64,000 bases of DNA. Origin: an uncultured Solirubrobacterales bacterium. Its GTDB lineage: Bacteria; Actinomycetota; Thermoleophilia; Solirubrobacterales; Solirubrobacteraceae. The DNA lies in the NCBI GenBank assembly GCA_963748585.1, contig CAVVJR010000002.1, forward strand, positions 8,468 to 72,467, read 5' to 3'. Positions 11,620 to 20,700 of the stretch are shown here, piece after piece. The notes beneath the pieces were generated by a model, which saw only the letters and a program-made list of their open reading frames with translations, was not told the DNA's origin and searched no databases. Each line of letters opens with the position of its first letter. Positions within the stretch are counted from its first letter, which is position 1. The translations under genes were made by a program, and so were the position numbers.

Positions 11620-12705
11620 CGGTCCGCACGATAGCGCGACCTGCGTGGATGGCTGCACCCGGCCCGAGCAGGCCGAGTGGTGACGGTGCCGGGAACTCCG
11701 GGTTGGAGGCTCAGGAACGCTGGCCACCCGCGAGCCGGCCGCTCCGCTGGACACCGAAGTGGGGGCGCGCCGCCGTCCGCGAGGATTGACGCATCCGTAA
11801 ATCGGCGAACTGAACCTTTTGAAACCCGACGAGAATGCTCCACCGCCACCGCCTCCGCCCCCGCCAGGATCCTGCCGTTGCTGATGGACGCCGCCGTAAC
11901 CGCCGCGGAGACCAGCGAAACCCGATGCAATAGAGACCCGAATTGCCATGGAGGAAGATCCCCCCCCCGCTTCCCCCCCGCCGTCGAATCTCCGCGCGTC
12001 CCCCTTCGCCTTGACCAGGCCGCCGGCCAGCAGGCTGCCGACGGCGCCGATCTCGATCCCGCCGCCGCCGCCTCCCGGCGAAGACGCCCGCCTCCGCCGG
12101 CACTGCCGCCTTGAAGGAGACAGATAGGTTGCCATAAGTCGCCGGCCCCGCCTGGGATGGAAGAAGTCGTACCAATTCGAAGGCTAGACGCCGCTCGATC
12201 CGCCGGCCCCGCCAAAGCCGCCGCCGCTCCCGCCCGTCGAAGATATACGGATCCCCCGCCGGGCCCGAATTGCCGGGGCCGCCGACCGCCGAGTGATCTC
12301 CGGCCCGCAGGCGAGCGTGCCGCAGAAGCCGTCGATGGCCCCTGCGATCGTCGCAATCGTCCGCGACAGCATGGCGTCAGGAGGCTCTGGAGCCGGACGC
12401 CAAGCGGCACGTGAAGCCTGTATCGTCTCCCCGCTGGCGATGTTGATCGAGACTGAAGTCGAAGCACCGCGACGGAGTGCCCGAGCGAGTCCTGGTAGAC
12501 GACGCCATGATGGTCCCGCCACCCGGCGCGGTGACGTCGGCGTCCGCCGAGGTGTTGACTGTGTAGGAGCCCGCAGGCTCGGGAGAGGTGCCCAAGGACG
12601 CGAATGCGTTCGGGTCGAGCGGCCCCGCGAAGGCCGTAGGGTCGGGGCCAAGAGCCCGGCGACGACCGCGACCGCGATGCCCATCCGTCGATAATCCGTC
12701 GTCAT
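11620..12705 (-). pseudogene. glycine-rich PEP-CTERM-type protein, heavily frameshifted or degenerate; 3' end approximate
   Basis: Signal-like MTTDYRRMGIAVAVVAGLLA; AGPLDPNAFASLG; GGGGIEIGAVGSL; ASVPEP near 11710-11725; fragments in all three frames. Confidence 0.55.
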
Positions 12706-12949
12706 CCCAGGCTCCTCGCGAATTGGCGCGCACAGACGCGTCAACACGCGATCACCGTGCTCGCTTGCGAGGAGTCATGTTAGCCATGGTGTCGCAGTCC
12801 TTCAATCAACGGATGCGAATGTTCACGAATGGCATCGGATCGGGCGGCGGAAAACCGGCCGAATGTGGGCTACGAATAAACGTGTCGGATTCAATAGAAA
12901 GCCCGCGAATGTTGATTCCCGGAAACGTTGAGCTATTGCACGGCCCCGA

Positions 12950-14146
12950 TCAGGGCCGAGGCGTGCTTTCCTTGTAGGCGGTCCCTCGCCAGGTGACCTG
13001 GCCGGTCAGGCACATCCGGATGGCCCGGAAGAGGATCACGTCGAGGACCAGGCCCGCCAGCGGATACCAGGCGACGTGCCGGGTCCGGGGGACGGACAGG
13101 ACGTAGAGCCGCCTCAGGCAGGTGTAGGCCAGCAGGTGATGGGCGACGCTCAGGCCCAGGAGCCAGGCCGGGAACGGGCCGGCGGGCCGGCCGATGGCGA
13201 GCATCACCAGGGCCGCCACCAGCGCGACGTGGGCGGTCTGGCTGAAGAACAGCGGGTCGAGCCCCTGGATCAGGAGCCGCCAGGGGTTCCGGCCCAGGGC
13301 GTCGTAGAGGATCCGGCTCCAGCCCCGGACGAACTGCGGGAGCGAGGTGTACATCCGGGTCGAGCCGATCCCGTGGGCGATCGCCGTCCGGGCCGACAGG
13401 CCGACCGCCTTGACGGCCCTGGCCAGGTAGATGTCCTCGACGAACTTGTCGCGGACCCCTTCGTGGCCGCCGGCGGCGAGGTAGGCGTCCCGGCGGATCA
13501 GGATGTACTGGCCGTTGGCGAAGGCCAGCTTCTTCGTCGGGTCGTTGGCCCAGAACAGGGGGTACGACTGGATCAGGACGATCCCGAGCAGGGGCTGGGC
13601 GACCGACTCCCAGAAGCTCTCGCACCGCATCTCGGGCAGGAGGCTGGCGAGCGCCGCGTCGTGCGACCGGGCGTATTCCAGGACGATCGCCAGGCTGTCG
13701 GGCTCGTGGCGGGTGTCGGCGTCGAGGAACCAGAACCACTCGCCCCGGGCCTGGCCGGCGGCGACGTGCAGGGCGTGCGTCTTGCCGGTCCAGCCGGGCG
13801 GGCAGGTCCTCGATCGAGATCAGGCGGACCCGGGGGTCGGCCTCGGCGATCGACGCGGGCGATCTCGGGGGTCCGGTCGTCGCTCCGGTCGTCGACGACG
13901 AGGATCTCGAGGTTCGGGTACGACTGCGCCCGGACCGACGCCAGGCAGTCGGCGAGGGTCGCCTCCTCGTCCTTGGCCGGGATGATCGCCGAGACCAGGG
14001 GCGGGTCGGGCGGCGTCGAACCGGGGCGAGCGCGGGTCCAGGTAGTCGAGCTTCGGGAACGCCCAGGTCAGGACGAGGTGGCGGATCGGCCAGATGGCGA
14101 TGAGCGCCGCGTAGATCCCGAGGATGGTCCGCTGGGTCGGGGTCAT
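12950..14146 (-). CDS. family 2 glycosyltransferase (HpnB/CrtQ-like), frameshifted
   Basis: SAIIPAKDEE, ILVVDDRSDD, GWTGKTHAL, FLDADT, FANGQYILIRRDAY, VEDIYLA, C-terminal TMs. Confidence 0.85.
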
Positions 14147-14278
14147 GCGGTCGGGCTCGGCGGCTCGCGGGGTCGTCCGGCGAAGGGGACGGGAGTCGAT
14201 CCTCCCGGTCGTGGGACAGTCTGACCAGCGCCCGCCACCGGCCGAGCGCTCGCTCGCGCCTCTCGGACTGCCCGGTCA

Positions 14279-15156
14279 TCAGAGCTCGTCGTAGTCCAGG
14301 TCGAAGAGCTGGCGGGCGGCCTTGACGTCGCCGGTCTCGAACCCTTGCTTGAACCAGCGCATCCGCTGCTTGGACGTGCCGTGGGTGAAGGAGTCGGGCA
14401 CGACGTAGCCCCGGGCCTGCTTCTGGAGCCGGTCGTCGCCGATCTGGAAGGCGGCGTTGAGGGCGGAGTCGACGTCGCCCGGGTCGAGGAAGTTGTACTT
14501 CTTCTGGCCGTGGTAGGCCCAGACCCCGGCGAGGTAATCGGCCTGGAGTTCGAGCCGGACCGACGTCCGGTTCGCCTCGACCTTGTCGCCCGATCGCCGG
14601 GCCCGGTCGACGAACTTGGAGTAGCCCAGGAGCCTCTGGACGTGGTGGCCGACCTCGTGGGCGACGACGTAGGCCCGGGCGAAGTCGCCGGGCGCGTTCA
14701 GCTTGCTGCTGCATGTCCTTGTAGAAGGCCAGGTCGATGTAGACCTTGCTGTCGCCCGGGCAGTAGAACGGCCCGACCGGCGGCGTCGGCCTGGCCGCAG
14801 GCCGAGTCGACCATGCCGCTGAACAGGACGAGGGTGGGGTTCGGATACTCCTTGCCGGCCTTGGCGAACAGGTCGCCCCAGATCCGCTCGGTGTCGCCGA
14901 AGATGACCTTGGTGAAGTGGGCCTGCTTCTCCTCCTCCGGGTCGACCGGCCGAGGCGGGCCGCCCGGCCTGCGGTTCGGCCTGCCCTTGCTGCGGGGCTG
15001 GGCGACGATCTGCAGGGCCTGCCTGGGGTCGACCCCGAGGACCATCAGGACCAGCGCCAGGATCAGGCCGCCGCCGCCGATCGCGATGCCGGCCTGCGGG
15101 CCGAACCCCCGGCGATCTTCCACATTCTCGCTCTCTTCGCGGTCGTCCAGGCGCAT
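14279..15156 (-). CDS. ypfJ: neutral zinc metallopeptidase (YpfJ-like), frameshifted
   Basis: [37 protein letters not shown] (HExxH), [17 protein letters not shown]. Confidence 0.85.
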
Positions 15157-15280
15157 GACGAGGGTCCTTGGTGGCGGGTGTCCGGCGGTGGGTCGGTCGA
15201 TGGTCTTCGCGAATCCCGAGCCGCCCCTCGATATTTCAGCCGATCGCCCCGGGAAGTTCAACCGATCAAGTGCGACGCCG

Positions 15281-15317
15281 ATGTTTATGTACGTCTACTT
15301 GGCTCGTTCGTATTGCT
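15281..15317 (+). other. probable Oxford Nanopore ligation-adapter remnant (chimeric junction)
   Basis: atgtttatgtacgtctacttggctcgttcgtattgct versus adapter ...TGTACTTCGTTCAGTTACGTATTGCT; AT-rich patch exactly where taxonomic signature and error rate change. Confidence 0.8.
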
Positions 15318-15557
15318 CACCGCACCCGCCTGCACGGCTACGCGATCGTCGCCGTCGCCCTGGTCGCGTTCCTGATCGCGCTCGCGGTCTCGAACACCGC
15401 GCACGTGAAGGTCAACTGGGTTTTCGGCAGCTCACATGTATCACTCGTGTGGCTGGTGCTGTTCGCCGCGATCCTTGGCTGGCTGCTCGGGCTAGCGACG
15501 AGCGCAACATTCCACTGGCGCACCCGCGCCCCGCGACAAGGGGCTGGCACCTCATGA
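15318..15557 (+). CDS. LapA/DUF1049-type small membrane protein, 5' end truncated at the junction
   Basis: YAIVAVALVAFLIALAVSNTAHVKVNWVFGSSHVSLVWLVLFAAILGWLLG; no native start after the adapter. Confidence 0.65.
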   Translation, partial: HRTRLHGYAIVAVALVAFLIALAVSNTAHVKVNWVFGSSHVSLVWLVLFAAILGWLLGLATSATFHWRTRAPRQGAGTS

Positions 15558-15838
15558 CCCGCGCCGCGAAGGCCACGCAAGCCGCGAGCGCGATAGCGGC
15601 TCAAGCGACCACGAGCCCCTCGCCCGACCCGGCGTCGATGGCGTTCGGGATCTATCAGGACAACGGCGGCGGCTACCACTGGACGATCGTCGCCGACGGC
15701 GGTCAGACGCTCGTGCGGTCCGACAGCTTCAGGACCCACGAGGAGGCCAAACAAGCCGCGGGCATCGTGCACCGCGGCGCCTCCCGAGCGGCGTTTGAAC
15801 CGGGTGTCAGCTTCAGCAGCGGGGCCGTGACCCGATGA
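15554..15838 (+). CDS. DUF1508/YegP-like domain protein
   Basis: FGIYQDNGGGYHWTIVADGGQTLVRSDSFRTHEEAKQAA; ATGA overlap with upstream stop. Confidence 0.7.
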   Translation: MTRAAKATQAASAIAAQATTSPSPDPASMAFGIYQDNGGGYHWTIVADGGQTLVRSDSFRTHEEAKQAAGIVHRGASRAAFEPGVSFSSGAVTR

Positions 15839-16059
15839 CCAGCGGGACCCTGATCGCGCCACACCGGCAGACCCCGCCCCCAACCAATCCGCGGTTACAG
15901 CTGCCATACACCTGCCCCGAGTGCGGGCACGTCCTGCGCGTGTCCGGCCTCGCGCGCCACCGCGTGTACTTCGAGCTCGACGACGAGCGGGCGGACAACC
16001 CGGTCATGAACCGGGTCTGCCCGGAGTGCGGGCACGGCCTGCCGGGAAAGACCGTGTGA
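15835..16059 (+). CDS. small zinc-ribbon protein (two CPECGH motifs)
   Basis: YTCPECGH...RVCPECGH; ATGA overlap. Confidence 0.7.
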   Translation: MTSGTLIAPHRQTPPPTNPRLQLPYTCPECGHVLRVSGLARHRVYFELDDERADNPVMNRVCPECGHGLPGKTV

Positions 16060-16283
16060 CCCCAGCTATGACCCACCTCTGCTGCCCAGGCTGCCGGCTG
16101 CGGTTCACACCCGCCGCCGTATATCTCGACACGTGTCCCGAATGCGGTCAGACGCTCCGAGCATCGAGCCTGCAATCCATCGTTGGGTTCAGGCTTATGG
16201 GGCTCGAGGACGTTCCCCCCGCGCTGCCGCAGGCGGGCGCCGTGTCGATCCCGGTTCCCGAACCCGAACGAACGCGACCATGA
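16056..16283 (+). CDS. small zinc-ribbon protein
   Basis: CCPGCRLRF...CPECGQ; GTGA overlap (alternative ATG at 16068). Confidence 0.6.
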   Translation: MTPAMTHLCCPGCRLRFTPAAVYLDTCPECGQTLRASSLQSIVGFRLMGLEDVPPALPQAGAVSIPVPEPERTRP

Positions 16284-16474
16284 GCGACTCCCACACACGC
16301 ATCCTCCACCACATCGCGCGCCTGACCCAGCGCGAACTCGAGCACCACGACACGGTCGCCCACGCGGGGGACACCGCATCGAAAGGCCGACGGCGCTACC
16401 TCGCACGCGCAGCGAAGCGCACACGTGCGCGCGTCGCGGACGCCGAGCAAAGGCGCACCCAACGGCCTCAGTAG
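16280..16474 (+). CDS. small His/Arg-rich hypothetical protein
   Basis: MSDSHTRILHHIARLTQRELEHH...; ATGA overlap with upstream stop. Confidence 0.5.
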   Translation: MSDSHTRILHHIARLTQRELEHHDTVAHAGDTASKGRRRYLARAAKRTRARVADAEQRRTQRPQ

Positions 16475-16759
16475 AACGCGAGCACCGAAGCGGCAAGCGC
16501 CGCCAGGGTCCGCTCGTTGATGATCCCGTTCAGTCCTCCGGTACGGCTTCGGTGAGGTATTTCAGGGCGATCTCGGATACCCCGACAGCACCCCGGCCGC
16601 GACGCCGAGTAGCAGTCTCTCCGCGGCCGGGCCGGCGCGGCCGTGCATCGAGGCCCCGTTAGCGTTGCGCCGAGCGCAAAGACACCGCACTCCACGGAAG
16701 CAGGTGCGTCGGCTGGCGTGGGTTCTAAGTGAGGCGATCCCCACGGTCGCGTCGGGGGG

Positions 16760-17488
16760 TTAGGAGATGCCGCTGCGTACGGCATGGACGGCTGCCTGGA
16801 TGCGGTTGTCGAGGTGCAGTTTGGTGAGGATGCTGGAGACGTGGTTGTGGACTGTGTTGGTGCTGAGCGAGAGCTCGCGCGCGATGTCATGGTTGCTCTT
16901 GCCGCTAGCGAGTTGTTCGAAGATCTCCAACTCGCGTTGCGTCAGGACGGCACGGATCGCACCTGCGGCGTTGGCGCTCGCGGTGGTGACGGGGATGTCG
17001 CGTTCACGAATGCGCTGCAGGAGTTTCCCGGCGATCTGGGAGGAGATGACTGATTCTCCGGCTGCGGTCGCGGTGACCGCGGCGATGATCGCTTCTGGCG
17101 GTGCGGTCTTCAGGATGTAGCCGCTGGCACCGGCGACGATCGCCTCGACCACGCGGTTCTGCTCGCTGCGGGTGAGGATCAGTACGCGCGAGGCGGGGGC
17201 AAGCAGGGCGAGCTGCTCGATCGTCTGCACGCCGGAGCTGTCGGGAAGCCGGAGGTCCATCAGTACCACGTCGGGGCGTACGTCGACGACGAGTGTCAGG
17301 GCTTGTTGGGCGTTGGCGGCCTCGCCGACAAGGTCCAGCCCGCCCCGTGCCAGCGCCTGGGTCAGGGCGCCGCGGATCAGATGCTCATCGTCGACGACGA
17401 CGACGGTAGGTGCCCGCCGGCGCTCGCCGGCGGCGTCCTGCTGGGTCAACATCTGCGCCTTAACCCCCTCGAATCCTTGCCATCGCAA
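16760..17488 (-). CDS. NarL/LuxR-family response regulator
   Basis: VVVVDDEHLIR, DVVLMDLRLP, GASGYILK, LTQRELEI...GKSNHDIA...TVHNHVSSILTKL; true start may lie slightly downstream. Confidence 0.92.
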   Translation of the reverse strand: MRWQGFEGVKAQMLTQQDAAGERRRAPTVVVVDDEHLIRGALTQALARGGLDLVGEAANAQQALTLVVDVRPDVVLMDLRLPDSSGVQTIEQLALLAPASRVLILTRSEQNRVVEAIVAGASGYILKTAPPEAIIAAVTATAAGESVISSQIAGKLLQRIRERDIPVTTASANAAGAIRAVLTQRELEIFEQLASGKSNHDIARELSLSTNTVHNHVSSILTKLHLDNRIQAAVHAVRSGIS

Positions 17489-17707
17489 TCTATACCACAG
17501 GGGCCCGGACGGGCCCCCCGTCCAAGTCCGTACGGGTCATATGCAAACGGGTGGCAGCCGGGTAGCCTCGACGCCGTTGGAGGGCGTGCGTCTTCCGATC
17601 GCGGATCGCGACGGAGCGTCAGTCGTTCGAGCGATTCGATGCCGCGGGCGAATCGGCCTCGTGGCCGCCGCATTTGCATTTCATCACCGACCCAAGAGGG
17701 GCTAGCT

Positions 17708-20700
17708 ATGAGGAGACCGCCGAAGCCGTGGGCCCCTGGTTGGCTGCTCTCTCGGGCTGTGCTCTGGATGCTGGCTGCGAGCGTCGTGCTTGCCGAAGTG
17801 GGAGCGCCGTCCGCACGCGCGGATGTTGGCGCGATCACCGAGTATCCGATCCCTGGCCTGGCGACGCCGTACGGCATTGCCTCCGGTCCGGATGGAAACG
17901 TCTGGTTCACCGACTCGGGAAACGCCGGAGGCGGCTCGAAGGTGGGGCACATGACCACGGGCGGGGTGATCACCGCCTCCGACGTAGTCAGCCTGCCCGG
18001 GACACCGAACCAGAACGGTCTGGCGACCGGGATCGCGCCCGGACCTGATGGAAACCTCTGGCTCGGCCACCGCGGCGCCGTCGACAAGGTGCCGACGACC
18101 GTCACGCTGTCCAGCCAGATCACCGAGTATCCGTTTTCTGGCGGGGTCCAGGACCTCCTGGCCGGACCCGACAATCGGATGTGGCTCACCAGCGGGTCCG
18201 AGCTGTCCGCGCAGATCGGGGCGATGACCACCGACGGCACGGCGACCACCTATCCGAACGCCTCCTGGATGCAGGGGACGTTCGGGATCACGATCGGCCC
18301 GGACGGCAACCTGTGGGTCGGGCTGGGCAACGCGATCGGCGTCCTGAACACGAGCGGCGCGGTAGTGCACACGTATCCGATGCCCTCGGCGAACGACGGC
18401 AACATGAGATCGCTCGTGCTCGGCCCCGACGGCAACGTCTGGTTCACGCTGGCCAACACAGCGGCGGGCCCGGGAGGGGTCGGCAAGATCACGCCGACCG
18501 GCACGGTCACGATCTTCACACACTGCCGGCATCAGCCCCAGGACACGGGAGCCAGCCCTTCGGCCTCGCCGTCGGCCCCGACAACCGAATCTGGTATGCC
18601 GACACGCCAACGCGACTGGATCGGCGCTTTCTCGACCAGCGCGACGTCCGCTGCCGACGTCACCACCTACCCGACGAATCACAGCAACACCGGCCTTCTG
18701 TGGATCACCCGGGGATCTGACGGTCGCATGTGGTTCAACGAGTTCAACCGCAACGCGCTCGGTGCGATCACGACCGGCGGCTCCCCCCCGCCGCAAACCT
18801 TCAACGTCAGCGTCTCCAAGCCCGGCAGCGGCTCGGGCACGGTAACGAGCACGCCGGCGGGAATCACCTGCGGCTCCACATGCTCGGCCGACTTCACGTC
18901 CGGCACGTCGGTGACTGTGACCGCGGCGGCGGGCACTGGCTCGACGTTCGCCGGCTGGAGCGGTGGCGGCTGTTCAGGGTCCGGAAGCTGCACGTTTACC
19001 GTCAACGCAGATACCGCGATAACCGCGACCTTCGATGCCGCTCCTGGCCCGCCATCGGCCGCCATCACGACTCCACCTGATGGAGCGAGCTACTCCTTCG
19101 GGGCGAATGCGAATGCGAGCTATTCGTGCTCAGCGGGCGCGAACGGTGGCGTCCTGAAGACTGGTGCGGCCGGCTGCTCCGGTCCAGTTCCCAATGGCAG
19201 CCCGATCGACACCGCAACCGCGGGCGCGCACACGTTCACGGTCACCGCGACCGACACCGACGGGCAGACCGCGAGCGCGACCAGCCACTACACGGTCCAG
19301 AGCCCGGCGCCCGTCACGCATACGTTGAGCGTGACCAAGTCGGGCGGCGGCTCGGGCGCGGTGAGCTCGAGCCCGGCCGGGATCGACTGCGGGGGCACCT
19401 GCAGCCACGCCTATGACGACGGGACCTCGGTGACCTTGTCCGCGACCCCTGCAGCTGGATCCACGTTCGCCGGCTGGTCAGGCGGAGGTTGCACTGGTAG
19501 CGGCGGCTGCACGGTGACGATCAGCGCCGACCGGACGGTGAGCGCGACATTCGACCAGACGGGGGGCAGCGTCACCCCGCCCGGGCCGCCGTCGGCAGCT
19601 ATCACGACGCCGGCTGATGGCGCGAGCTATCCGTTCGCGGCGACGGTGAACGCGAGCTATTCGTGCTCAGCGGGCGCGAACGGTGGGGTGCTGAAGCCCG
19701 GCGCTGACGGTTGTTCAGGTTCAGTCCCCAATGGCAGCCCGATCGACACCTTGACTTTCGGAACGCACACGTTCACGGTCACCGCGACCGACACCGACGG
19801 GCAAACGACGACGAAAACCGCGCAGTACACCTTGACCTACGACACCCCAGGTCCGCCAGCGCACTTCCCAACACCGGTCCGTCCCCAGGGCCCGCTGCGT
19901 ACGATTGTCCTCAGTCCCCGAGTCGACATTCGCGTCACAGGTATCGACGTAACGCAGGGCGTTCAGGACCTCAGCTGCAACTGCGTTGGCACGCTCCCCG
20001 AACGTCCCGATCCGTCGTCGAAGACGCCCGGACGCGCGACGTACGCGGGCGTGACGATGGCGGCGGGGAAGTACACCGTCGTGCGGGTGTTCGCGCACGC
20101 CAGCAATCTGTCCGATCCCGCCGCGAGTGGCCTGTCCGGCGCCACGGCGACCCTGCGGATCTTCGACTCCCACGAGCGCGAGATCTCGCCGCCGCTGAGC
20201 CCCAACATCTCACCGGCCACGCTGAGCCCACCGGACTGTGCCGCGTGCGTCAGGGCGAGCGAGCGCGCGAATGCGCGCGCCGCTTTCACCTTCTTCGTTC
20301 CCTGGGACGACACGTATCACCGCTCGCTCAGTTTCCGCGCAACCGTCAGCCCAGGCGTCGGGTTCGGCGCGGCAGTGCAGTGCAGCGGCTGCCATGCCAA
20401 TGTGTTCACGCTGACGGGCGTGCCGTTTGTGACCACCGCCGAGGTGCCGATCTACCCGGTTCCGCTCACTCTGGGCGGGGTCAAGACCAGCGCGACCGTA
20501 GACCAAGTGTTCGACAGCGCAGCGATCGTGCTGCCGGTCAACCTGGAGATCCATCCGTACGACGCGCCGCTGGCGGTCGACGGCCTGCCCTCGGTGAGCG
20601 CCGCGCTGGCCAAGCGAGCCAGTGACGACAGCCTTGACGGCTCGCAGGCCGTGGTTGGTGTGGCTCCGGAGAGTTTCGGCTTCGGCGGCTCCACCGATAC

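Noticed and set aside
298-15156. Programmed frameshifting or mass pseudogenisation
   Set aside because: Indels are scattered through unrelated genes whose motifs are otherwise intact, as expected from unpolished long-read errors
15200-15400. Horizontal transfer or genomic-island boundary between planctomycete-like and actinobacterial DNA
   Set aside because: No integrase, tRNA or att repeat is present; an adapter-like sequence, a decapitated gene and an error-rate change point to an artefact
14345-15838. 497-aa ORF spanning the junction
   Set aside because: It is the antisense shadow of the ypfJ-like gene running through the adapter into the real DUF1508-like ORF at 15554
17820-18780. Virginiamycin B lyase (vgb) resistance gene
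   Set aside because: Only the propeller repeat resembles Vgb; it is part of a large secreted multidomain protein and gives no evidence of resistance function
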